A stretch of 64,000 nt of DNA, taken from Candidatus Iainarchaeum sp. Its GTDB lineage: Archaea; Iainarchaeota; Iainarchaeia; Iainarchaeales; GCA-2688035. Each line of letters starts with the position of its first letter. Positions within the stretch are counted from its first letter, which is position 1. Shown piece after piece: positions 37,268-46,684 of the stretch. The position numbers were made by a program, and so were the translations under genes. The DNA lies in contig JAFCCL010000001.1 of NCBI GenBank assembly GCA_017610205.1, positions 81,883 through 145,882 on the forward strand, read 5' to 3'. Below the pieces are notes generated by a model. The model saw only the letters and a program-made list of their open reading frames with translations, was not told the origin of the DNA and did no database searches.

Positions 37268-38386
37268 TCACTTTTTCAATTCCTCTTCATAAATTTTTTC
37301 AAGCCTGTCAACACTTGCTTTAATACTGTAAATTTTTTCAACTCTTTCTCTTGCTTTTTTTCCAAGTCGTTTTCTTAATCCCCTATCTTCTATTAGCTTA
37401 ATGATTCCTTTAGCCATTGCTTTTTCGGTATTTGATTTTACCACCAATGCAGCATCTCCAACAAAAGACCTTACATTTCCTATATCATTTACTACACAAG
37501 CTTTTCCCATTGCAAGGTATTCAAGCAAGGAAATTGATGTTGAAAATTCATAAACATATCCATGTGGCGCAATTTCAGTAGCCGCCCAGACTTTTTTGCA
37601 GTCTTCAGGTTTTATTGGTCCTGCAACAATAACATTTTTTTTCAATCCGAGTTTTTTGACAAATTCTTTAAGCTCAAGCATTTCTGTTCCTCCTCCAAAA
37701 ATAACATATTTATATTTCGGGTGCTTTTTGCCAACAATTTTCATTGCCTTAACAATTGGCTTGAGGCCTTTGACATTTGTTCCCCACAATGTTTTAATTG
37801 AAGTAATCAAATGCTTTCCATATTTTTTTTTAATCTCATCCCCACTTACATTCAATGGGTAATTATCAAGATTTATGGCAGCTGGCATTACTTCTATTCT
37901 TTTTTCTTCAATTCCCCATGGCAAAAGGAATTTTTGCTTCATTTGCTCTGTCCAAACAACCACTCTGTTGTAATTAAGCCTTGGCAGGAAAACCCTTTCA
38001 GTAACATGAATAAATCTTGTATGCAGGTTTGCATTCTTTGAACTTAACAGCTCTATTAGCAAAACATGTGGCACTTTGAGTTTTCTTTTGAGAACATGTC
38101 CAATAAATCCCATCATGCTGTTGCTGTGGCTTTGAATTATATCCGGCTTAAATTCCCTTGCTGCTTTTAGTGCTTTTCTGTATGAAAAAGGTGCTTCAAA
38201 TTTCCAAAAGGCATGATGCCCTGCTTTAGGCAAGTAAACCATTTTTGCTCTCTTTATACTGTAATGGTTTGGAGTGCAAACCATTACCTTGTGACCTCTT
38301 TTAATTAATTCATTTATAAGGTCCCTTGTGTAAATTTCGCTGCCTCCGCTGTCTCCTAAAACACTTGTCAGATAAAATATTTTCAT
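37268..38386 (-). CDS. Glycosyltransferase family 4 (GT-B)
   Basis: MKIFYLTSVLGDSGGSEIYTRDL at the N-terminus with a GT4 C-terminal domain. Confidence 0.7.
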   Translation of the reverse strand: MKIFYLTSVLGDSGGSEIYTRDLINELIKRGHKVMVCTPNHYSIKRAKMVYLPKAGHHAFWKFEAPFSYRKALKAAREFKPDIIQSHSNSMMGFIGHVLKRKLKVPHVLLIELLSSKNANLHTRFIHVTERVFLPRLNYNRVVVWTEQMKQKFLLPWGIEEKRIEVMPAAINLDNYPLNVSGDEIKKKYGKHLITSIKTLWGTNVKGLKPIVKAMKIVGKKHPKYKYVIFGGGTEMLELKEFVKKLGLKKNVIVAGPIKPEDCKKVWAATEIAPHGYVYEFSTSISLLEYLAMGKACVVNDIGNVRSFVGDAALVVKSNTEKAMAKGIIKLIEDRGLRKRLGKKARERVEKIYSIKASVDRLEKIYEEELKK

Positions 38387-38438
38387 TCGTGTTCAGCCCA
38401 AACAAGGTCTTTTTTTCAGCAGATTTTTTCCAATCTTC

Positions 38439-39554
38439 TTAAATAAGGCCTTTTTTCTTTAATTCACCTGTTGCCTGGTCAAATTTGTCTTCAGACTTTA
38501 TGTTATGGCTCCATTCAATTATTTCTTTCATTCCTTTCTCAAAAGAAATACTTGGAGCAAAACCAAGCTTGTTTTTAATTTTTGAAATATCTGCAAAACA
38601 ATGTCTTACATCTCCTTTCCTGAACTTGTTTGTTATTTTTGGCTTGAGGTCTGAACCGTAAAGTTTTGCAATTGTTTCAGCAACCTCTTTGATTGAAATA
38701 GGGGTTCCGCTTCCAACATTTAAAATTTCATAATTTGCAGAATTGCTTTTCATTGCAAGAAGATTTGCAGCTGCAATATCTTTCACTGAAACAAAATCAC
38801 GAGTTTGCAGTCCGTCTTCATAAATAACCGGCCTGTTGCTATTTTTTATCCTGCTCATAAAAATTGCTGCAACACCTGTATAAGGATTGCTTAGGCTTTG
38901 CCTTGGCCCAAACACATTAAAGTAACGCAATGCAACAGCTTTTATCCCATAAGCCTTGCCCATCATTAGCACAAGCTCTTCCTGGTCTTTTTTTGTCAAA
39001 GCATAAACGCTGTTGCAATCCAAATGCTTTGTTTCAGGAGTTGGCATTGGCTTTAATTCCTTTCCACACTCCGGGCAAAATTGTTCAAACTTGCATTCAG
39101 CCATCTGCTTTTCGCCCCTTAAAGAGGGTTCAACCAAACCGCATTTTTCACATTTGTAAAGTCCTTCACCATACTCGCTCATTGAAGCAGCAACCATCAT
39201 CTTTTTTACATCGTGCTCTTCATTTGCAAGAAACTCCAAAATGTTTGCTGTTCCCCTTGTGTTTGCATCAACATAATAGTTTAGTTCATACATGCTTTGG
39301 CCAACACCAACAGCAGCTGCTTCGTGGAACAATATTTCGATTCCTTCCATTGCCTTTTTTACATCGCCCTTGTTCCTGACATCCCCTTTCATGAACTCTG
39401 CCTTTGCATTAAGCCACTCTGGTTTTTCCCCTGTTGGATGCACCTGCTTGTCCAAATTGTCAAGAATTCTTACTTCATAGCCTTTTTCCACAAGACCGTC
39501 AACAATAAACGAGCCAATAAAACCTGCTCCGCCTGTTACCAAAACCTTTACCAT
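38439..39554 (-). CDS. NAD-dependent epimerase/dehydratase with an inserted 4-Cys zinc-ribbon
   Basis: VKVLVTGGAGFIGSFIVDGL Rossmann motif. The insertion CEKCG...(x18)...CPECG lies within the SDR fold. Confidence 0.75.
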   Translation of the reverse strand: MVKVLVTGGAGFIGSFIVDGLVEKGYEVRILDNLDKQVHPTGEKPEWLNAKAEFMKGDVRNKGDVKKAMEGIEILFHEAAAVGVGQSMYELNYYVDANTRGTANILEFLANEEHDVKKMMVAASMSEYGEGLYKCEKCGLVEPSLRGEKQMAECKFEQFCPECGKELKPMPTPETKHLDCNSVYALTKKDQEELVLMMGKAYGIKAVALRYFNVFGPRQSLSNPYTGVAAIFMSRIKNSNRPVIYEDGLQTRDFVSVKDIAAANLLAMKSNSANYEILNVGSGTPISIKEVAETIAKLYGSDLKPKITNKFRKGDVRHCFADISKIKNKLGFAPSISFEKGMKEIIEWSHNIKSEDKFDQATGELKKKGLI

Positions 39555-39562
39555 TTTATCAC

Positions 39563-40612
39563 CTACAAATCCTTAAACATTTTTTTATTTTCTTTAACCC
39601 ACTCATAAAGTTTCTGAACTCCTTGCTTTGCTCCAATTTCGGGTTTCCAGCCTAAAATATTTTCTGCCTTTGAAATATCTGAAACATAAACAGGCTGGTC
39701 CCCAGGACGCCAGTCACTGTATCTGATATCTATTTTTTTTCCAAAAAATTCTTCAAGATATGCCAACAGCTCAAGCAATGACATTGTGTTTTTGGGGCCT
39801 CCGCCTATATTGAATATCTGGCCTTTTGCCTTTTCAATTTTTTGTGTAGCAATAGCGTATGCTTTTACAAGGTCGTCAATATGCAGCACATCCCTTACCT
39901 GCTTTCCGTTGCCGTAAATTGTAAGCTTTTTCCGAAGTGCTGACGCAATAGTAAACCATGCAACCCACCCCTGGTCTTCTATTCCAAACTGCCTTTGGCC
40001 ATAAATGCAGCTTTGCCTAAACACAACTGTGTTCATGCCATAAATTCTTGCATAATCCCTAGTATACTGGTCAGCACACCCTTTGCTGCAACCATAAGGG
40101 CTATGAAAATCCAAATTTGTTGATTCGGAAATTCCTTTTGGAAAATCTTCATATTCATACCTGTTATTTCTTTCAATAACCTTTACTTCTTCCATTCCGC
40201 CATAAACCTTGTTTGTGCTGCTGTAAAAAAATGCAGCTTTGTCAGCATTTTTTCTTAGGGCTTCAAGGACATTAAATGTTCCAAGTGCATTCTCTTCAAA
40301 GTCCTTTCTTGGTTCTGTTACACTTGTTGTAACCGCCACCTGTGCCGCAAAATGGTAAACAGCATCACTGCCTTTTACAGTTTCCTCAAGCTGCTTTTGA
40401 TCTGTTACAATATCTGCTTTAATAACTTTTATGTTTTCGTGTCTTTGTTTAAGCCATTCAACATTTTCTTTATAGCCAGGTCTTGAAAAATTATCAAATA
40501 TAATTACTTTTTTGCAGCTTTTTGCAAATTTATCCGCAAGGTTGCAGCCGATAAATCCTGCGCCTCCGGTAATAACTATTTTTTCCATCAATTCACCAAT
40601 TATTTTATTCAA
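39563..40612 (-). CDS. NAD-dependent nucleotide-sugar epimerase/dehydratase
   Basis: KIVITGGAGFIGCNLADKF Rossmann motif and extended SDR architecture. Confidence 0.8.
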   Translation of the reverse strand: MNKIIGELMEKIVITGGAGFIGCNLADKFAKSCKKVIIFDNFSRPGYKENVEWLKQRHENIKVIKADIVTDQKQLEETVKGSDAVYHFAAQVAVTTSVTEPRKDFEENALGTFNVLEALRKNADKAAFFYSSTNKVYGGMEEVKVIERNNRYEYEDFPKGISESTNLDFHSPYGCSKGCADQYTRDYARIYGMNTVVFRQSCIYGQRQFGIEDQGWVAWFTIASALRKKLTIYGNGKQVRDVLHIDDLVKAYAIATQKIEKAKGQIFNIGGGPKNTMSLLELLAYLEEFFGKKIDIRYSDWRPGDQPVYVSDISKAENILGWKPEIGAKQGVQKLYEWVKENKKMFKDL

Positions 40613-40672
40613 TTACTATCAATCTATTGGAAAATTCATCTTAAATACCATTTTGGTGCAATATTCAAATTC

Positions 40673-41386
40673 CTATTGCATTTTTTTAATGAACTTTTTG
40701 CCAACTGCCTTAACCTGTTTTGGCATTCCAAACCTGATGTTTGCCTTGCTTACTGTTGTAAAAAAATTCTTAAGAAGCAAAACATGCCTGTTTGCAATCC
40801 TTTCCCTAACACTGTTTTTTTCAACCTTTTCAGCAAACGTAATTGAGTCAACAAAACCAATGTTTCTAAAATGCCTTGATTTGAAAACACTGTCTTCCAC
40901 AACCCTTTTTGGCCCGTCTACAAGCATTGTGTCATGAAAAGCCATTATTCCCTGCTCCCTGACTTTTGGAAACCATAATTCAAAATCCTGCTTTGCATGC
41001 TTGTAAGAATGGTCCCCGTCAATGAAAATAAGTGCAATTTCTTTTCCAAATTCTTTTGCGGCATCTTCAGAGGTTTTAACAACAGGCTTTACTAAATCAA
41101 ATGCCTTTGCTGCCTTAAGGTTTTGCTTAAATTCCTTAAAGCTGTTTCCCTGCGGCATCTCCGGCGAGCTTGTATGGGGGTCAATTGCAACAATCTTTTT
41201 TCTCTGTCCATCCTTGCTTCCTTTTGCAAGCCATATGGTTGAACGGCCTTTCCAGCTTCCAATTTCTACAATTTCTCCATTTCCACTGCATTCCCTGGCA
41301 AGCCTGTACAAAAGAATTCCCTCTGGCTTTGAAAGAAAACCAGGTGCCTTCATTGCCCATTTTTCAGCTTCCTTTAATGACATCAT
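40673..41386 (-). CDS. Class I SAM-dependent methyltransferase (TylF/MycF-like O-methyltransferase fold)
   Basis: GEIVEIGSWKGRSTIWLA motif I-like region and about 237 aa. Confidence 0.55.
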   Translation of the reverse strand: MMSLKEAEKWAMKAPGFLSKPEGILLYRLARECSGNGEIVEIGSWKGRSTIWLAKGSKDGQRKKIVAIDPHTSSPEMPQGNSFKEFKQNLKAAKAFDLVKPVVKTSEDAAKEFGKEIALIFIDGDHSYKHAKQDFELWFPKVREQGIMAFHDTMLVDGPKRVVEDSVFKSRHFRNIGFVDSITFAEKVEKNSVRERIANRHVLLLKNFFTTVSKANIRFGMPKQVKAVGKKFIKKMQ

Positions 41387-41462
41387 ATCACTTTCATTAA
41401 TTTTTTCATTAATTTAAAACAATTTTTCCTTCCTTTTTTTCCAATCAGTTTTGCTTTCTTAT

Positions 41463-42389
41463 TTAGAACAATTTTGCCTTCCTTTTCTTTCTTTGTTTCA
41501 AAACTTCCTGCCAGTTTGCAATATTTTCCGCATATGTTCCAAGCAAGTGCATTGTCATTCCCTGTTCAAAACTGTTTAAAAAAATAAGTCCCAATCCAGG
41601 TACGTGTTTTGCCATATCACCCAGGCTTAAATTGTAAAGCATTACTCTAATCCTATTTCTTTCAAGCAATTTGTACCTTGCAATTGCCTTGATGCTTTTT
41701 GTTGTGTCCTGCCCGCCAATATGGTAAACTCTGCTTGCATTTGTTTCAACTACCTTAAACCCGGCATTTCTTGCCCTGTAGCACCAGTCCTGTTCCTCTC
41801 CATAAATGGGTGACCAAAGCCTTGCGTCAAGGTTTCCAACCCTCTTCAATGCTTTTTTCGAGTACATCATTGCCGCTCCGCACACAGCAAGCCTTTCCCT
41901 TACAACTTCCTGCCCTTTAAGTCCTTTCCCATAATTTTTTTTGCCAACAATAAGGCTTCCAACAGCACCAACCATTCCCTTTAGGTCTTCAGCTGCTTCA
42001 ACAGCCTTTGAAAGCCATTTTTTTTCAACAAGGGTATCATTATCCAAATGGTAAATATACTTTCCCCTGCTTTCCTTAAACCCCTGGTTTACTCCGTTGC
42101 TATAGCCAACATTTTTTTTGTTCAAAACAAGCTTTTTTACAATTCTCCTGCGCTTCATTTCCTTTAACATCTTCACGCTTCCATCAGTACTTCCGTTGTC
42201 TACAACAATAATTTCATAATTTGGATAGCTTGTGTTTTTTTGAACAGACTTAATACAATCAGCAGTAAGCTTTTTTCCATTCATGTTCAAAAGCATTACG
42301 CTTACAAGCGTATTTGCAACCCTGCTTGAGTTTTTTGAACCCTTGCTTGTTTTTTTTGTACTTTTGCTTGATTTTTTTGCAGCACTCAT
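41463..42389 (-). CDS. GT2 glycosyltransferase with lysine/serine-rich N-terminal extension
   Basis: VSVMLLNMNGKKL...EIIVVDNGSTDGS signature. Confidence 0.7.
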   Translation of the reverse strand: MSAAKKSSKSTKKTSKGSKNSSRVANTLVSVMLLNMNGKKLTADCIKSVQKNTSYPNYEIIVVDNGSTDGSVKMLKEMKRRRIVKKLVLNKKNVGYSNGVNQGFKESRGKYIYHLDNDTLVEKKWLSKAVEAAEDLKGMVGAVGSLIVGKKNYGKGLKGQEVVRERLAVCGAAMMYSKKALKRVGNLDARLWSPIYGEEQDWCYRARNAGFKVVETNASRVYHIGGQDTTKSIKAIARYKLLERNRIRVMLYNLSLGDMAKHVPGLGLIFLNSFEQGMTMHLLGTYAENIANWQEVLKQRKKRKAKLF

Positions 42390-42886
42390 GTTTCTTCCTC
42401 CAAAAAGAGGGAAATTCTTTTTATCAAGTTTTCCTTGTCTGACGAAAGCTCTGGCTTGAATGAAAAAGCCTGCAAAATTTGTTTCTCCAATTCCCTCGTG
42501 TCAAAAACTGTTTTTGCTTTGTTCTTTTTTTCAAGGGCTTTTGCAAGGTCAAGCTGGTGGTCGTTTGTGTGCTCTCCAAACTTTTTCAAACGAGGCACTA
42601 TAATCAACGGCTTTTTGTTCAAAAATGCATTTATTATTGTGCCTGCTCCGCCATGGCTTAGCACTATGTCAGCCCACTGCATTTTTTCATCAAATTCTTT
42701 TCCTTTAACAAATTTTTTAAAAGCAAAATTCTTTGGCTTGTAATTTGAATTGCCTGTTTGTCCAAAAATTTTCCACTCGCTGTGCTTTGCTGCAACAATG
42801 TCAAGTTCTTTAAGTAAACGGTCAAAGGGCTGTGAATGTGTTCCGACGCTTGCAAATATTTTTTTCACACCATTTCCAATCGCCAT
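42386..42886 (-). CDS. Alg13-like glycosyltransferase subunit (GT28 C-terminal domain; UDP-GlcNAc binding)
   Basis: IFASVGTHSQPFDRLL resembles the Alg13/MurG C-terminal domain motif VTVGTTxFD. The protein is 166 aa. Confidence 0.65.
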   Translation of the reverse strand: MAIGNGVKKIFASVGTHSQPFDRLLKELDIVAAKHSEWKIFGQTGNSNYKPKNFAFKKFVKGKEFDEKMQWADIVLSHGGAGTIINAFLNKKPLIIVPRLKKFGEHTNDHQLDLAKALEKKNKAKTVFDTRELEKQILQAFSFKPELSSDKENLIKRISLFLEEET

Positions 42887-43347
42887 TAAAACACACCTCC
42901 TTCATATTCTGCTTTTGGAAAAAACTTTTTGTTCTCAGGCCATTGAACAAGAAACAGGTCGGCCTTTCCGTACATTAATTTTCCGCTGAGGCTTGGCTTT
43001 TTTATTCTGCAAAAGGACTCAATAAACACAATTTTTTTTCCGAAAAATTTTGCAATAAGGCATGTTGGAATTGCGGTGTCTGCCCCTGTGCTTATAACTA
43101 CTGTTGGTTTTTTCCAAAGGAAAAGCCACAGTGACTGTACAAAGTTTATTGCCAGATTGATTGGATTTCTTTTAGGGCATGAAACAAAAAATACTTTTTC
43201 TTTTTTTGCCAGGTCAATTGCATTAAGCCTTTTGTCCGAAACAAAATAATGCGGTTTGCCCTGCCATGCTTTTTTAAGCTGAAGCAGCTCTGTCAAATGC
43301 CCTCCTGCACTGCAGGCAAGGCAGATTTTTTCCTGCATTAAAAACAC
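42886..43347 (-). CDS. Alg14-like glycosyltransferase subunit (membrane-anchoring/acceptor-binding partner of Alg13)
   Basis: CLACSAGGHLTELLQL resembles the Alg14 GSGGHTxEM motif. It is 153 aa and directly adjacent to the Alg13-like gene. Confidence 0.65.
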   Translation of the reverse strand: MFLMQEKICLACSAGGHLTELLQLKKAWQGKPHYFVSDKRLNAIDLAKKEKVFFVSCPKRNPINLAINFVQSLWLFLWKKPTVVISTGADTAIPTCLIAKFFGKKIVFIESFCRIKKPSLSGKLMYGKADLFLVQWPENKKFFPKAEYEGGVF

Positions 43348-44385
43348 CTAAAAAAGCCTGAAGTATGAAATTGAAAATACTATTATGCTTAGTATTGCTT
43401 GTGCAAGCAAAATTATTTCAACAACCTTTTTTTCAGTAAAGCGCCCTATTCCCATAATAATATGTGTTACGCTTGCAGTATATTTTGGAGCCTTTAAAAT
43501 TCCTGATTTTGTTGGAATTCCAAAACTTTGCCTTTGCATTCTGTATCTTGCCTTAAGCACTAGCTCAATAAAGTAAATTCCTAAAAGCAATATTCCTATT
43601 TTTTCCATGTTTCCCAAAATTGCTGTTGTTGCAATACTTGCCCCAATCATCAAAGTAAGCGAGTCGCCTCCAAACACTTTTGCCGGGAACCAATTAAATC
43701 GAAGGAATGCTATTAGTGCACCAAGCATTGCAATTGAAACAATCGCTGCCTCCATTTGTCCCTGAGTTAAGGCAACTGCGAGCATTGTGGTAGAAATTAT
43801 TGCACCAAGTCCTGCTTCAAGCCCGTTTAAACCAGCAAGCATGTTTGTTGCATTGCTTGCTCCGGTAACTCCTATTGGGACAAAAATAAGGCTGTAAATT
43901 AACCCAAAGCTTACCACTCCAATAAAAGGTATTACAATTTCTGCTGGTGCAAAGCCAAAAAACGGAATTGATATTGGAGGATTGCTTATTTCTATTGCCA
44001 TAAGTGGCAATGCTGCAAAGACAGGTATGAGAGCATGCTGCCATTGTCTTATGCCCTTTCTCCATCCTATAAGGTCGTCAATTACTCCCAAAAATCCAAC
44101 CATTACAATTGTGCTAAATCCTGCAAGCAAAAAGGTCAGGTTTATTTCAATCCATTCAAGGTATGAAAACATAAAAATGCTTACAATAATTCCCGCACTA
44201 AAGCCAAGCCAGACACATATTCCGCCCATTTCCGAAATTTTGGGCTTGTTAAACTTGTTCATGTCAATGCCGGTAATATGCCTTGCCTTCATTCTTGCAA
44301 TTAAAAACGGCAAAAATTTGTTTGTTACAATAAATGCTACAAAAAAACACAAAAGCAGTGTTGCAATAACAGCAGGCATAGGCAT
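43348..44385 (-). CDS. aglH: UDP-GlcNAc:dolichyl-phosphate GlcNAc-1-phosphate transferase (GPT/Alg7/MraY-WecA superfamily)
   Basis: Multi-TM protein with NATNMLAGLNGLEAG (NxxNxxDGxDGL-type motif). Confidence 0.8.
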   Translation of the reverse strand: MPMPAVIATLLLCFFVAFIVTNKFLPFLIARMKARHITGIDMNKFNKPKISEMGGICVWLGFSAGIIVSIFMFSYLEWIEINLTFLLAGFSTIVMVGFLGVIDDLIGWRKGIRQWQHALIPVFAALPLMAIEISNPPISIPFFGFAPAEIVIPFIGVVSFGLIYSLIFVPIGVTGASNATNMLAGLNGLEAGLGAIISTTMLAVALTQGQMEAAIVSIAMLGALIAFLRFNWFPAKVFGGDSLTLMIGASIATTAILGNMEKIGILLLGIYFIELVLKARYRMQRQSFGIPTKSGILKAPKYTASVTHIIMGIGRFTEKKVVEIILLAQAILSIIVFSISYFRLF

Positions 44386-44471
44386 AATTAATCAGCTTTA
44401 AGGATTTAAAAAGAAACCATTCTATTTTTGTAACAACCCAAAGCACATTTTTTCAGCAAAAAAGCCATTGC

Positions 44472-46634
44472 CTAATTTGCATAAAGTGCTTCTTTGTTTA
44501 CCTTGAATATTCTCATTCCGGCTGCATTAAAAACTTCGCCAAAGTATTTCATTGTCTCATCTTCGTGGAACCAAAGCTTTGAAAGCATGCTTTCGTTTAC
44601 AGCAGGATTTGTAATATAAAGCTCTGAATTGTCCTCTGCTCTATAAACATACAATGGAACAACTCCCTCATACATCTGGTTTGAAACACTTGTCCATTTT
44701 GCAGGAATAGTTCCCATTTGATCTGCAGGAATATTATTTGTTCCACATGCAAACCCTGCTTCGCTTTGACTGCAAGGCATTGCAGCATGCGGTGCAACAA
44801 GGAATTGTATTATGCGAGGGTCGCTGCTGTCCATTGTATCATACCCATAATTTCCAAAAGACCCGATTTTGAGGAATGTATCACTGTCAAGTACGATATA
44901 ATCAAAATCATAGTCTCTTGCAATTTTTAACGCATTTTCAAGGCTGCTTTCAATAACAAAAAGTGAAAAGTCGCGGTTTCCCTCAAAACTCATATTCCTG
45001 TTATCAGCAGAAACCGCCCTTTCTCCAATAAAACTAATCCAATGCCCTTCATCCCACCAGTTGAAAAATTTTGCATCCTCAGGAGTGTTTGCAGGGTCCT
45101 GCATCCAGTGCAGTGTTGCCTTCCAGTCAGGATAACCGCCTTCAATGTGCGGAACCTTGTCTGGCACAAAAATTGTAGCAGAAGCAATTCCAACCAAAAG
45201 CATAAAGCCAAGGCAAAGCACAACAAGCTTTTGCTCAAGGTCTGTTCTTCCTTTAAGGTAATAAAACATTTCTGCAGCAATCACACCAGCAGCTGCCGCT
45301 ATTGGCAGGCCAAAAGTGTAAGTGAATTTGAGCTTGTACCACGCCATAAAAAAAGTAATCATTATCCAAAAGAAAATCAAGACACTAAGATGGTCTTTTT
45401 TGTTCCTGTAAAACATTATTGGAATCAAAATCATTGCAAGCCATGGGAAAATAATTAATGCATTATATTTTATTCCAAAAAACTGGTGGCCGGTGTTTTC
45501 CTCCCCAACAGTCATTCCAAGAACCGAGTTTTCCTCAAACAATTTCGGGGTTGTCATAAAAGTAAGAGCCAGTGAAATTACTGCAATATAAAGCAAAACA
45601 ACTGCAATAATATTAATTGTTTTATTTCCTGATTTTCTTTTGCCAACCTCCCTGTTTGCATAAGCAAGATACACTATAAATGCTCCGATTGCAAGAACAA
45701 CTGCGACTGCTGCCGAAAAACCCATTGCTTCAGGCATTCCAAAAGCCGCTGCCGCCTTTGAAACAGAATTTGTTGCATAACTCAAAGCACTAGTATGCCA
45801 GTTTGCGCCATAATTTAATGCAGCAATTACCCAAAAAATAACAAAAGAAATTGCAAAAAGCTTAACAAAATCAACAAGCTTTTTGAAACCCATTTTTGTA
45901 TAAATCCCAATCACACCAAAGAAAACATAAAGCCCTAATACCAGAGGGATAAGCAAGTACATATCCCAGGTTATTGCCATTAATCCAAAGAAAATTCCAG
46001 AAAGCACTGCATTAATTATTCCCTTTTTATTAAACACAGGATTCTTAACTGCTCTTGCAAAGAAAACCAATCCAATCACAAGCCACAAAAACCCAAGGCT
46101 GTCTTCTTCAAAAAAACCTGCAAGCGTTCTGTAAACATAGCTTGGAATAACAGCCGCAATCAAGGCCATTACATAGCCTGCTTTTTTGTTGTAAAGTTCC
46201 TTTCCAAAGAAAAACATTGCAGCAACAGTTAATGCCCCAAAAAGAGCCGGCAAAATTTTAACAAACAATATCCAGGTGTCCTTATCATAAGGCGCTCCCA
46301 AAGTTGCAACCTTATAAATGCCTGCAGTAAACTGCCAAAAGAACTGGTTTCTTGGAGGAGCAACTCCTCCTTCAACAAAATAATATGCAGTTGGATCAAC
46401 AGCAGGAACAACCCCTGTTTGCAAAAGCTCTCCAGTCATCCTTGCATGGTAATAGGAATCAAAACCAAACATATACTCATACTTTAAAAGATGCCCTCTT
46501 ACGCCAAAAGCAAGAGCAAAAATCAAAAAAAGCAGAAAAAGCTGTTTTCTGTCAACATTCTTTATTTTGCCAACAATGTCAGATGCATTAACAAGCTCAG
46601 GCATTCTAGGTTCCCTCAATAAAAAAAAGAGCAA
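44472..46634 (-). CDS. aglB: Oligosaccharyltransferase AglB (STT3 homolog)
   Basis: 720 aa, with a multi-TM N-terminal domain containing FGFDSYYHAR (STT3 DxxY...R-type loop motif) and a periplasmic domain with FFNWWDEGHW (WWDYG variant). Confidence 0.85.
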   Translation of the reverse strand: MLFFLLREPRMPELVNASDIVGKIKNVDRKQLFLLFLIFALAFGVRGHLLKYEYMFGFDSYYHARMTGELLQTGVVPAVDPTAYYFVEGGVAPPRNQFFWQFTAGIYKVATLGAPYDKDTWILFVKILPALFGALTVAAMFFFGKELYNKKAGYVMALIAAVIPSYVYRTLAGFFEEDSLGFLWLVIGLVFFARAVKNPVFNKKGIINAVLSGIFFGLMAITWDMYLLIPLVLGLYVFFGVIGIYTKMGFKKLVDFVKLFAISFVIFWVIAALNYGANWHTSALSYATNSVSKAAAAFGMPEAMGFSAAVAVVLAIGAFIVYLAYANREVGKRKSGNKTINIIAVVLLYIAVISLALTFMTTPKLFEENSVLGMTVGEENTGHQFFGIKYNALIIFPWLAMILIPIMFYRNKKDHLSVLIFFWIMITFFMAWYKLKFTYTFGLPIAAAAGVIAAEMFYYLKGRTDLEQKLVVLCLGFMLLVGIASATIFVPDKVPHIEGGYPDWKATLHWMQDPANTPEDAKFFNWWDEGHWISFIGERAVSADNRNMSFEGNRDFSLFVIESSLENALKIARDYDFDYIVLDSDTFLKIGSFGNYGYDTMDSSDPRIIQFLVAPHAAMPCSQSEAGFACGTNNIPADQMGTIPAKWTSVSNQMYEGVVPLYVYRAEDNSELYITNPAVNESMLSKLWFHEDETMKYFGEVFNAAGMRIFKVNKEALYAN

Positions 46635-46684
46635 TAACTTTAAATAAGAAACTAAAAACTAGCATTTGCTTTAAACAGTATTAA

